This document shows positions 37,399 to 50,583 of a DNA stretch of 64,000 nucleotides, one piece after another; position 1 is the first letter of the stretch; each line of letters opens with the position of its first letter. The notes below the pieces were generated by a model. It made no database searches and was not told the DNA's origin. It saw only the letters and a program-made list of their open reading frames with translations. Source of the DNA: Zancudomyces culisetae HAW-14-8 (taxonomy: Eukaryota; Fungi; Kickxellomycota); contig JBNJNM010000006.1 in the NCBI GenBank assembly GCA_052426225.1, forward strand, positions 2,480,001 to 2,544,000, given 5' to 3'. A program made the position numbers and the translations under genes.

Positions 37399-39453
37399 AA
37401 TATGTACATTACAACAGTACTATACAACTGGTAAACTTGTATTCTCTTCTCAGATCGTACTCAAAAAATGTGACTAGTGGGCTGGTATATTCAATAAACA
37501 CCAACACAAAACCAACATTATTTCCATCTAACTTTTAAATTATCAGTGTATTACAAACTAATTTCTCCCCAGCGTTGATTATTCAAGAATACCTGTCATT
37601 TTTTTGAACTATAAAGGAGATCATCATTAATCGGGGACTTTTGTAACCTGTCTAATATGCACCTTGTGCTTACCCCCTGAATCTCTAAAAGACACTCACT
37701 AATTACTCCTTTTACTTTTACCACTGATATCTTTGTTATAGTTACCGCTATTTCACAAGTCCATACTATACTAATCATCGCATACAAGCTAAAAATGCAC
37801 CAAATAATTTACAACTAATTTCATCAACACAACTAGCTTAGATTTAAGTTATTGATGTTTTTGTTAACGAGCAAGCCAAGGTGACATACATATAAGTGGT
37901 GTATTACTAGATAATATCCTTGAGTTTACGCTTTTCCATCTGAAAGAAATACTATCACATAGTCTCCTCTTATTAAAGTAGAGCAAAAATAACTACACTC
38001 ACTGATAGGGTTATGAATATCTATAAATTGGTATCATTTTTAGTTTACGTATACCTGCTTGTGTTTCACTTTTTCAACATTGTGATTTCTCACTGAAACA
38101 CATTTTGATGGAATTTTTGTTATTCAGTGTATACGCGTTTTAACCCCACAGAATCTATGTTTCTTACAATTCGCATCATTGTGTCTTTATTCTGAATCAC
38201 ATTTATTAGGTGAGTTTCATTTGCTGTCTCTTGCTCTTGACACTTTTTTTTTGGTGGAGAACAAATTTCGCGGATGTTTGTTATACTTTTTTTTGATAGC
38301 TTTGGTTTACCTGGTACTAAAAAGATGAAATAAAAAAGAGCAAAAACCGAAACGTTTTGTTGGTTTACTGAAGAAAGTCTGGCTTTTTATGTTATACCTT
38401 TATTTGTGTAAAGCCCCAGTTCCTTCTCAAAGTATTAGGAGCCTACAACGGAACCGCAGCTATTGCAGACTTGCTTTGATACACCGCTTTCTATTTGTAG
38501 GCTGTGATGTGGTGAAGTATTTAAAATTAAAACTAGGTTTCAGATTTACAGGAAAAGTAGTATCGTATCACTTGGAACGACTTATCAGACAACGATTCAG
38601 CTTTAATCCTAGTTTTAGCTTTGATTTTTGTTGCACCAGAAAGTATGCTTCAGTAAACCACAAACGAGAAAGTGATGTTTTGCTTGCCCAATAATTTTAA
38701 CTACTCTGCACATGATTTAAAGACAACAGCAGCCGCAAAAAATAACAACCCACAACAATAGCACTAGCGCTGTACCAAGTATGATAGTTTAAAATGTACT
38801 TGAAAAGTATAGAAACCCCAACATTAAAAAGCCCAACACAAAACAACACTACAATTTGAGGTACAAATAATGAGCTGAGAAAAAACAGACTTTAATTGGG
38901 CTAGCTATTCTTTTTCTGTATACTGGGACGAGTTAACTTTAAACTCGGCTAAGTTATCTCGACAATGAATTGTTTTCCAATGATATACTTGCTTTTAAAG
39001 CGTAAACAGAAAAAGAAAGTATTTTACAAAGTTCATAAACTTTATGTGAAGCTCAAGGTTAGAACCAAGTCTTGCGATTATTTGAGTCTAGCATATCTAT
39101 ACACGTTTGGATATTATCCACACTATGTATTTAATATTTCTAAATCGTAGAGTATCTTTAAAACGTTGAGTTATGTTTGTACAAACCCGCAGTAGAGAAC
39201 TTTAAGGGATACTAACAATAATACTGTCAACATCTTTATAATAATTCACTAGCCTTTTCTTTTAAAAACTCGCATTTGTCTTCTTAAGTATAAAGGGATC
39301 CATCTATAAGAGCAATCAACAAAGTAATCGGCTTCACATACAAAAACAACTGAATAAAAAAAGAAAAACAAAAAGAAAAAGAAAAAGTGAAGGGTATAGA
39401 CTTGCTTTAGAAAATAGAGCCTGGTAACACACAACAAAAAGCTTTGAGCCACA

Positions 39454-42400
39454 ATGAGGATAGATGAACATAGTACTACACTGGAATCGAGTAAAATAAT
39501 ATTTGATTCATCGCACAACATTAACAGAAATTATGGGCAAAAAAGAACTTTTCAGATTAGAGCACTGGCCAGAAGTAAAATTAGTTATCAAAAACGGCAG
39601 TACCTTATAAATGTGTTTTGTGTAGCGCTATGCCCGTTTCTGATGTTTGCAGCAGGTGGAATAATAACCATGATAGTGCGAAGTGTAGCTCAAACTTTGA
39701 ATTCAGAACAAAACTATTTAATGTGTTCTAACAAGAACGCATCAGATATATTCAATATACCTATCAATAACTACAGCAAGGAAAAGTTACCGATGGTACA
39801 GGGCATTGAAGCTCCAAACCTTCCAAAAGATAAAACAGTTTATCATCTGAACCACTATTTGCTACCTATGAGTATAATCGATACAGATATTTCCAAAAGC
39901 GGCGCACTATCGATAACCGATCGATCACCTAGTTGTGTATGGCAGTTTGAGCACAGTAGTTCCTTTTCATCGCCATACGAGATATCACCAAACATTTCAG
40001 ATGCATTAAGAAGAGATTCGTAAGTTATTTTTACTACTACAAATATCTCCAAAAGAAAGTTAACACACTAAAAAAAAATCACTGATATATCTTGATGGAA
40101 AAGTTTTACACCGCACTCATGTCTGTAAAAGCAAGTATTGACTATATTGTTATAACCAATTTCATTAATTATAGAACTATGAAGCCTGATCCGGCTGGTG
40201 GCTGGTTCAATGTGAAATTCCTACAAAAAAACTTTCTAAAGTTATTATCAAATCAAAAAAGTCAGTTTGTACTAGTTCGAGATTCAACAAAAAACAATGC
40301 AGGTAGTAGAGTTGAACGCCCGTTACTAGTGTTAAATGCGCCAGAGGGCTCAAATCTTTCTGGAACTATCATTCCTGATATTGAATCAATTTATTCTTAC
40401 GTGATGCTGGAGGATGTAAAAAGTTCACTCGATCTTAGGCTATTGAACCAAATAAAAACCAACTTTTTTATGGATGTCAGTCAAGACAAGGAAGCCGAAA
40501 ACGCAATAGTAATAAATGGGCTGAAGCCGGTCCCTTGGTTTGACAATATAGGAGCTGAAAACAGCGGCCCAAGCATTGACGATACGATCAAAGCATACAT
40601 ACTAAGCTCCAAGGATAGCGTTATCACAACGAAAAGGCAGATTGAAGATTACGTAAAGGAGGCACAAGCATCAAGAGCAAAAAAACTTAGTCAGGTCGAG
40701 GTTCTTTTCAAATATTACGAAAAATTGGCGCCTATAATAAATAAAATGCCATGGGGAGCGCTCCTTATGGATAAGATAGATCCAGAAAATAGCGAGTGGC
40801 AATATACTATGCAGTTTGGAGAAGATAGAGATATCTCAATTCTGGGGTTGTTTCCTTCGCTTATGGATAGATTAATAACCCAACATACACAACTAACCAA
40901 TGCGTTTCTCAGAACATCGCTAAAAGATCCAAGCGCAATGCTATCGCATGGATTGAGAGCAATGCCACAATTCTTTGACAACAGTTTGCAAATACCAATA
41001 GGTGGATTTGTGGGTGCTATCCTTTATCCCTTTGGCGTATCATTTCTTATTCCTATATTTGTAATGATTCTTGTAAAGGAAAAGGAGAGCAAAATAATGA
41101 TTATGATGAGGATGAATGGAATAAGAACGTTGTATTACTATTGTGCACACTATATTCATTTTTTTGTGCTTTTCTTGTGGTCAACTCTCTTTCTAACATT
41201 ATCGGGGTACATTTTCCGCACAGAGTTGTTTACTCGAACAGATCCTTCTGTGTACATTACCTTACTCTTGCTATGGAATAATGCGCAGATCACTTTATCA
41301 TTTTTCCTGAGCACGCTGTTTAAAAAAACCAGAACTGCACTAACAATATCGTGTTTATTGGTGATCTGTAGTGTAGTTGTTAATACAACAGTTAATATGC
41401 AATCTCTGGATAACATGTCCTTTATGTATCTGTTGTGGCCTCCATTCGCTATGTATAGAGCACTATACCTGCTCAACATTTCTTCAATGTCACTAGAAAA
41501 ATCACCATATCAGCTTTCTGATTTGAAACCACACGATGGCGTCTTTAATTGTTTCATGGCACTTGTTGTCGCTTCTGTGATCTATCTACTTCTCACAGTA
41601 TACTTTGGTAACGTACTGTCTCAGGGATATGGAATAAAAAGACCCTGGTATTTTTTTCTACGCCCCTTTAACAAACGCAGAACCCTACCTGGTTGTGGCG
41701 ATAGGAATACAGAAATTGATCTCGATAAAGAGGATGAAGATGTGAAAAACGAAAGACTAAATGTAGAGGAGAATCTTTACTGTCAATCTTCTCCTCTTGT
41801 ATTGCACAACGTTCAAAAACGCTATAAATCCGGGAAATACGCTGTAAAAAATGTAACAATGGCTGTAGAAAGCGACTGTATATTGGGGCTCTTGGGACCA
41901 AATGGCGCAGGAAAAACGACACTAATTTCAATGTTATCGGGATTACATTCCATGACATCTGGGAGTGCCAAACTTGATGGTTACGACGTCGGTTCATTTA
42001 GCTCAGAGATATATTTTAGTTTTGGTATATGTCCTCAGCATGATATCCTGTGGGAAGATTTGACAGTTACTGATCATTTATATTTTTACGCACGACTAAA
42101 GGGAATTGAGCCTTCAGAGGAAAATGATCATGTAAATTTATTGCTAAACAATACAATGCTGTATAAAGTCAAAGAGAAACTTGTAAGACACCTATCAGGG
42201 GGCCAAAGGCGAATGTTGAGTCTAGTTATTTCTTTTATCGGAAATCCTCGTGTTATTTTTCTAGACGAACCTACAGTAAGTATACTATCAGTGATATTAT
42301 ATTTATAATATTTCTAACAATGTTTGTGTTATTTGTTATACGAGTAAGCAACAGAATAATAGATTAATATCAGTAATAATCGAATGTTATAATTAGACCG

Positions 42401-42879
42401 GGCTGGACCCTGAATCGCGTAGAAGTATATGGGAGTTAATAAAAACAAACAGAAAAGATAGAACAATTGTTATAACAACGCACAGTATGGAAGAGGCGGA
42501 GGTTCTATGCACAAAAGTAGCAATTATGCAAGATGGTGTGATGAGATGTATTGGGTCTCAGTTAAGGCTAAAAGAGCTCTATGGGGGCGGATTTTTGTTG
42601 AAAATATCGTGCGAAACAAGTTATTTGGACCAAGCCAGAAAATTTATTGATAGTTTCCTCCCAAAGGATTCTGAGAATATTGAAACTATGTTTAATACTT
42701 CAACATGGTCATTTAATAACCACAGCGGGCTAATCCCCAAAATTTTCAATGAGATAAAAACCAATCAATCAATGTATCATGTTGATAGCTGGTCAATCAC
42801 TCAAGCCTCGTTATATAAAGTGTTTTTGAAAGTCATTGAAGATCCGAGTATTACGGAGGATAACGAAAGCATATATTAA
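39454..42879 (+). CDS. Half-size ABCA-subfamily transporter (copy B); introns 40020-40174 and 42276-42396
   Basis: Same architecture as copy A (RALARSK..YQKRQ..NVFCV.LCP; LVKEKE; GPNGAGKTT; LSGGQ; LDEPT|TGLDPE; THSMEEAE). Confidence 0.92.
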
Positions 42880-44409
42880 ACCCATCAGTATCCTTAGATA
42901 TGAGAAATGAGTAGTTTTCAATAATATGTAGAGTAAAGCAATCATTTTTCCTTTAGAAACCGGAGTCGCATATTTATTTTTTATTAACGGGGTATTTGAC
43001 CAAATAAATTTCACTTTACCACTTAACGGGAAAAGTGTATATTCTCTATTTCAAAGTACAAGATTATAATCTCGGGAGGGGGATATAGTTTATATGAGCA
43101 AAAACCCATTGTGTGACGTATCGTTTAAAACATAGAGTACGCAGAAAAATTTTAACGCTCCCGTATCAAGTGGCTGAGTAGAATTATTGGAGGAAAATCA
43201 TAAAGACCGGTCACCTTGACTTCAAGGGAGACTGAAGCCAAAATACCATCCCTAATCTAGCTAAACATAACTAGCTTTTTGGGTAAAGTCTTTCCATTTA
43301 GGATAATTACATTTAATCGACTCAGAGCAGAGGCGATCTCCTTGAATCGACACCCGGTAAATATAAAGCTAAGAGGGACGAGGAGTAATTAGTTAAATAG
43401 GTAGTGTGTAAGATTATTTGTTTTGTAGTATTTTATGAATAGTTACTAAATAGATTCACCAAGAAAAAAAAGTGGCTAGGAAGTTGGAACCACTATTCGT
43501 TACTTTTCAAAGAAAAACGAATATATACGACCAAATCTGTTCTTGCAGTTGTGTACACGGCTATTTCTGAAAAATAGGTGTCATAATATATTTACAAAGG
43601 CACTATAGTACATACAATTTATCCAATTAGGTTTAATAAATATAGCTACTAAAAAAACATAGCGATTCAGCTTTTTACAAGCCCATTACTAACAACCATA
43701 GAAAATGTTTACTTTTCTGATATCCGGCAAAAGAAAACTAGATATTCACATTGTGAAAAAACAAATTAAAGCCATTCAAAATCGCTAACATCCGTTTAAT
43801 AAGGAGAGGAAAGAAGAGTAATTAGATGAACACAATTAAGCAATAGGGCTGATGAAGGTGGAAATTGCTCATATAAACTATTGCCCGTTATATATCAAGT
43901 TTATAAATAAAAACTTATAATCAACATTAGTTCGAAAAAACGTTGAGAAGAGGACATCTTATTCAAAGTTAATAAAACACGCTATGTTGACACTCAATCA
44001 ATTGTAGTTTTAGCAGCGCAACACATTTGCTGGAAGATGAAAAGCTTATTTAATTTAAATAGCTTATAACAAGTTGAATCATAAACAAGAAACATCCTGG
44101 TATATTAAATTGAATGAAACTCGCTCAGTATCTTTGTAAAAGAGTAATATTAAATAAAGCAAGTTTTAATATCAATATATTTTGGATCATCACACATCAT
44201 AAAATTAAAATGTTCAAATAAAATATACATATTAAACATTCATCAATGTTGTATGTTGTATGTTGTATGTTGTATAAATCTCCACACTCAAATATAAATA
44301 CTTGTTCAACTTTGCACTTGCTACATTTTATTTCTACACTAACATACAGCAGCTGGTAAAGAAAGCATTTATTGAAAAAAAGCAAAAACTAAAGAGTACA
44401 TGTTGAAAA

Positions 44410-47400
44410 ATGCGAGCAAGTGTAAAGATACTGTTGAGTGTGGTGTTGTTTGTCATACTTGGTGTAGGTATGATGCAAAAGGCCAGCGCTTTTACACTAC
44501 CAACTCTAAAGTTAGTGGAGATAGGAAATCAAAACGAAAACATTTTGAAAATCGACTTGTTTGGGAATAAAGACTCGACAGGGATCTCGGAAAAGCGGAA
44601 AGATACAAAAACAACCACATCAGATATCGAGACAGGAACAAATGTAGGACCAGATGGTGATGGTGATGCAGATGATACTAAAACCACGGATAAAACCAAA
44701 ACTAAGGACGGGGATAAAACCACAGATAAAACCAAGACTAAGAATGAAAATAAAACCAAGACTAAGAATGAAGATAAAACCAATGCTAAGGACGGGGATA
44801 AAACCACAGATACCACCAAGGATAAAGATGAAGATAAAATCAAAAACGAGGATCAAGATAAAACCAAAACTAAGGACGAGAACGAGGATAAAACCAAAAC
44901 TAAGGACGAAGATAAAACCAAGACTAAGGACGAGGACGAGGACGAGGATAAAACCAAAAATATGGACGAAGATGAAGATAAAACCAAAGATAAAACCAAA
45001 AACGAGGATCAAGATAAAACCAAGACTAAGGACGAGGACGAGGACGAGGATAAAACCAAAAATATGGACGAAGATGAAGATAAAACCAAAGATAAAACCA
45101 AAAACGAGGATCAAGATAAAACCAAGACTAAGAACGAAGACGAAGATAAAACCAAAACTAAGGACGAGAACGAGGATAAAACCAAAACTAAGGACGAGGA
45201 TAAAACCAAAACTAAGGACGAGGATAATACCAAGACTAAGGACGAAGACGAGGATAATACCAAAACTAAGGACGAAGATAATACCAAGACTAAGGACGAG
45301 AACGAGGATAAAACCAAAAATAAGGACAAAGATAAAACCAAGACTAAGGATGAAGATAAAACCAAGACTAAGGACGAAGACGAAGATAAAACCAAAGATA
45401 AGGATGAAGATAAAACCAAGACTAAGGACGAGGATAAAACCAAAACTAAGGACGAGGATAATACCAAGACTAAGGACGAAGACGAGGATAATACCAAAAC
45501 TAAGGACGAAGATAAAACCAAGACTAAGGACGAGAACGAGGACAATACCAAAACTAAGGACGAAGATGAAGATAATACCAAAACTAAGGATCAAGATAAA
45601 ACCAAAACTAAGGACGAGAACGAGGATAAAACCAAAAATAAGGACAAAGATAAAACCAAGACTAAGGATGAAGATAAAACCAAAAATAAGGATGAAGATA
45701 AAACCAAGACTAAGGACGAAGACGAAGATAAAACCAAAGATAAGGATGAAGATAAAACCAAGACTAAGGACGAGGATAAAACCAAAACTAAGGACGAGGA
45801 TAATACCAAGACTAAGGACGAAGACGAGGATAATACCAAAACTAAGGACGAAGATAAAACCAAGACTAAGGACGAGAACGAGGATAATACCAAAACTAAG
45901 GACGAAGATGAAGATAATACCAAAACTAAGGATCAAGATAAAACCAAAACTAAGGACGAGAACGAGGATAAAACCAAAAATAAGGACAAAGATAAAACCA
46001 AGACTAAGGATGAAGATAAAACCAAAAATAAGGATGAAGATAAAACCAAGACTAAGGACGAAGACGAAGATAAAACCAAAGATAAGGATGAAGATAAAAC
46101 CAAGACTAAGGACGAGGATAAAACTAAAAATAAGGAGGAGGAGGAAGATAAAACCAAGACTAAGGACGAGAATAAAACCAAGACTAAGAACGAGGATAAA
46201 ACCAAGACTAAGGACGAGAATAAAACCAAGAGCGAGGATGAAGATAAAACCAAAACTAAGGGTGAAGATAAAACCAAAACTAAGGACGGGCATAAAACAA
46301 CACGCACTAATAGTTACCCATCATATTCTACGCAAAATTCAAGTAAAACTAAAAATAAAACTAAAACTAAAACACGAAAGTGTAAACCCACAATCTCTAA
46401 AACGAAGTCGCCGAAGTGCTCTCGTACAAATCCCAAACAGTCTGAACTTCCAGCTTCTAAAATGTGGTGTCACAACAGATGTAAATTCAACAAACATGAA
46501 AACCGTAGAAATAATGGTGATGGCAGAGATGATAGGAATAACAGGGATAACAGGGATAACAGGGATAACAGGGATAACAGGGATAACAGACAACGTCCTA
46601 CTAAAACAAAATTACCATTCAACAAAAATTACCAAAATCATGGCTTTTCTCGTCACAAGCTTTCTCTAGATCATATAAGATATAATATCAACTCTGAATA
46701 CTCCGACAAATTTAAGCATGAAAAACACAATGATGATGGTAGAGGTGGCCATAAGTTTAAAAACCATAATAAAAATGTCCATAACCACAATCAAAAAATC
46801 AGTGATAAATCTAGCAATCATGATAGAGGTGAGTAGCGTGCAACTCTATTTTGACACTATTTGGTGCTATTTAGTACTATTTTTGAGTTTTAGAGCATAT
46901 AATATATAATTCACTATATAAACAATACCGTAGCTTATATAATCTTATTTTCGAAGATATATTATAAACATCTTTTATAACTACACGTTAGGACATGGTC
47001 GAGAGTACTATGATGGTGATAGCGAGAGAAGTCGAGCAAAATCTAACAGGAATCATAAAGATCACAAAAACTATAGCATCCACAAAAACTATAGCAACCA
47101 TAAAGACAACAACAACCACAATGACAACAGCATTCATAAAGACAACAGCATCCATAAAAACCACAAAAGCTACAAAAACTACAAAAACTACAAAAATGAA
47201 CGCCATAAGCACCGATACCAGGATATAGAAATAGATAAACACTTATTTGATCATGTTAATGATGACGAGTATTTTGATCATAGCTATAACCATGAGAAAT
47301 ATCATGAGTTTGACCATGGTCGGGATCATCATCCATCCGAAGAAAACTATGATTGGGCATCACCGGATCGGTTTATTCCCTGTGGTGTATATCGCACACA

Positions 47401-47701
47401 ACTAGGGGATTCATGTATTTCAATTGCTCGCGCAAACAATATTTCCGTACAGGATATCTATGAATTTAACAAAAATACAAGAAAGTTTCATGGATGTGAA
47501 AATATACATACCGGAATACACATATGTATTTCACATGGAACCATGCCAAGAATAGTTGATTCAACCCAGGTATGTGGTGAAGAATCGCCAGAAAGGGCAA
47601 GGTGTCCGGATTATCAATGTTGTAGCGAGTGGGGACAATGTGGAGTGGGAGAAGGATTTTGCGGGATCAACGGGCAGAAAAAGTACAATGGAATATTCTA
47701 G
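44410..47701 (+). CDS. Secreted LysM + CBM18 chitin-binding protein, (EDKTKTKD)n form; exons 44410-46828 and 46992-47701 (1042 aa)
   Basis: Same signal peptide, intron and LysM/CBM18 exon as copy 1, with a central 540-aa charged repeat. Confidence 0.88.
44680..46299 (+). repeat. Coding minisatellite: 24/30-bp units encoding (E-D)1-3KTKTKD, with 102-bp and 342-bp higher-order duplications
   Basis: Read directly: the NMDED marker recurs 102 bp apart (about 44961/45063); the KDQD marker recurs 342 bp apart (about 45589/45931). Confidence 0.95.
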
Positions 47702-48086
47702 AATATGTACATTACAACAGTACTATACAACTGGTAAACTTGTATTCTCTTCTCAGATCAAACTCGAGATCTATTAACCCCAAAATCACATTGTGGTCAG
47801 ATTATGTGTCAGGATTATGCTTTTTGTTCCATTTTATTTGATGGTCTGGTTAATTTAGTGTTTAGCCTTGTGAGCGTTTTTTAATAGACTTATTGAGTAT
47901 ACATTGATAAAACTTCATTTTGGACCGCATAAAAATTGTTGGTATCAATGAAAGCTAAATTATTCTGGACTACGTTCTCTAGCCAAAAATAAACAACATC
48001 ATCCAAAATACCACTTCGTTACAAAACAAAACTCATATAGATTACTATTCCACGCAAAAAAAAAGTTTAAACATCAATTAACGAAT

Positions 48087-50583
48087 CTATAGGTCGATCC
48101 GTTCGACCATTGTGGTAATATTGGAATAAATCTTTTCTGAAACCGTTTTGTTTCCTGTTACGATATTTATCAAATCCGTCAATAGCTCATAATTTCCAAG
48201 CATGCCAAGGTGGTCGACAAGCTCTGCACCTCCCCCTATCCCAAGCCCTTTTATGAAAGAGACAGGTTTGGAAGGAAGCTCTCGAACGACCACTTTAACT
48301 CCGTGGGGGTTATATTTTTTACTTTTCCAACCTTTCGCTCCCATCAAACCTAGTGATAGAAGTGATACCGTTCCATCTCTATTTGAAATATATAAATTTT
48401 GCTGCATCAAAATCCGAGCTTAAAATTCTAGTGGTATTATTTCTCTAAAACAAGTACAAAAACAGGACTTACCCATCCGAATATGTAATGCCCGATTCTA
48501 TCACTCCTTGTGTGTTTTTATTATTGTTGACCACATATTTCATAACATCAACATCTGACCCATCTTCGAGATAATTTTGTTGTTCATCAAATTTTGGGTT
48601 GAGTTTGTAATGATACCCTCTTTCGGCAGGTATACCAACTCCATAAAAATTATAAATGGTCATGTTTTTTGCGTTGGGTAGTTGGTGAGTAAGTGGGTTT
48701 ATCCATGTGCTTGAGTCATACTTGTGTTTTTCAAATTCCGAAGTTTGATTAAATGCTCCAAAGTTATTGCTTTCTAAAACGTTTTTTCTTGTGACTGGAT
48801 CAAGCATTTCCAGCAACATGTTCAGTGATTGTTCGACATCTAGAAAACGGGTATCACCCAACTCACCCTCGCCGGTCTCTCCATAAATATTTAGAAATCT
48901 TCCAAATGAACCCACAGAAGATGTATTCACAGTAGATACCCGTCCTTTTCCAGCTTCCTGCTCTTTCTTAGCAGAAATATCGATATTAATGGCAGAAATA
49001 TCATCAGGAGCACTATCTACTCCACCCCATACCTTCACACCGCCCTTGGGCAGCATTGCTGAAAATGATCCCCAATTGCGAAACAGCTTCGCGCGCTCTG
49101 CTCTACTCATATAGTTTTCAAGCAAATAGCTAACAATTGGTTGTACAGATTCTTTTTGTTCCCCTGAGAATAAGCTTGAAAATGCCTTTGGTGTTCCTAG
49201 GAGGGGTCCGGCCAAATTTGCCCATGATTCTATATGGTCGTTGACCCAATTTTCACCACCATTTCCGTGTGCGGGGGATCTGACCCAATTCAGGAAATAC
49301 ATTGCTACCAAACCACCTATTTAAAAAATGCAATCAACTTTAAGACTACTATTCGCAATGGAATGAGGTGGGTTTTCATAAATATACTTTTTTTACTTAA
49401 AGATTAATGCAAGTTACCCATTGAGTGAGATATCAAGACGGTCTTTTCTCCCAGGACACTTTTATTCATTTCTATGCGATGCTTCATCTCGGAAAAATAT
49501 TTATCGCGTGCTTGTAGAGAATCCATTTTCAATCTCCAGTCATACGAGGCCATGAACATATTAAAATTATCATAGCCAACGGTCGAAAAGTTTTCAATAA
49601 TTTTTGACCATAACCAGTATCCTGTCATAAAATAATCCGCTGCTTCGAGTCCCTTGGCAACACGCAGTCTAATACCTGGGGGGTCCATTCCAGTTCTTGG
49701 GTCCAAAGACATGTGCTTTAACCAACATTTTTTATCAGATAATAATGCCTGTACCATTGCTATTTAACAAGTAAAACGTATTAGACTATTCCTTTTTTCG
49801 GAGAATAGGCTTGGTCTGGATAAAATAGTAAATTCAGGTTATAAGAATTGTCTTACTGAAAGTTCCCCATATTCGCTTTCTAAAGTAGGCCTGAAAACCT
49901 CCTGTTGTGCTCCAATTCTCTAAACCAGACGTTATAACACCAGGGATTAGCACAACTGGATGTTTAGGCTTCAGTTTGTTATCGCGCATCATGCTTTTCG
50001 CAGGCTCGAACGTTTCTTCGGTTACCTTGGGTGTATCTTTTTCATCTGACTTTAGTAGCTTGTAAATTTTTGTAATGTTTTCTTCTGAAAAATATTCTGA
50101 GGGTAATTTTTGCATAAACTCCCATTTTTCTCCAGAAAGATACTTAAACTTGTTCTGCAAATCTTTAAATTTCGAATCCACATCCTGATTAAAATAGGCA
50201 AAGTATGCACTAATTAATATTCCCAAAATTATGCCAAATGATATCCATTTGGTTTTTTGGATATTTCTTGCTCTTACTGTTATTGCCTGTTTTGAGTTTG
50301 AAAGGCTTTCTATGACACTGCTCAGCTTTTTTTCTAATAGTATATATTACAGATGTTTTTGTCTCAAAAAAAGATACAAATACCAACAACAAAAGAGAAA
50401 GGACAGTGCGTTTCACAAATGTAATTTGAAATGTACCTGCTTTTGATTTTAACCGATTTTCTATTTTGTTTTTTTGTCTGTTTCTCACTTCGCCACCCTC
50501 TTTCGATTTGCTTCTACCGAAACCTAAAATGTATTGAATTCAATTCAATTCACATGTTTATATTTTATTTTATGGGTACACAT
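48087..50583 (-). CDS. LRO1: Phospholipid:diacylglycerol acyltransferase (LCAT family); multi-exon, start codon uncertain
   Basis: N-terminal TM; HPVVLIPGVITSGLENW..FRKRIWG; CWLKHMSLD..GYWLWSKIIEN..YDWRL; SHSMG; DG|DGTV; DH. Confidence 0.92.

Larger units (their letters stand above)
35207..37456 (+). repeat. Direct-repeat unit 1 of the duplicated secreted-protein gene
   Basis: 35207-35681 matches 44148-44622; about 36069-37456 matches about 46363-47759. Confidence 0.95.
44148..47759 (+). repeat. Direct-repeat unit 2 of the duplicated secreted-protein gene
   Basis: See unit 1; offset 8941 bp for the 5' block and 10294-10303 bp for the 3' block. Confidence 0.95.

Noticed and set aside
36685-37538. 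ORF-track calls 36692-36925, 36685-36939, 37253-37477, 37326-37538 and their copies near 47.0-47.8 kb
   Set aside because: Wrong frames or strand of the real LysM/CBM18 exon.
44680-46299. CRISPR-like array
   Set aside because: Tandem degenerate coding units without unique spacers; eukaryotic context; no cas genes.
44620-46669. 557-aa antisense hydrophobic ORF and 671-aa alternative-frame (IKPRLRTR)n ORF
   Set aside because: Stop-free frames are an expected by-product of the periodic repeat; only the frame with the signal peptide is shared with the paralog.
35207-47759. Composite transposon or LTR-element interpretation of the direct repeats
   Set aside because: No transposase, RT or integrase, terminal inverted repeats or target-site duplication; the repeats are intron-containing genes.
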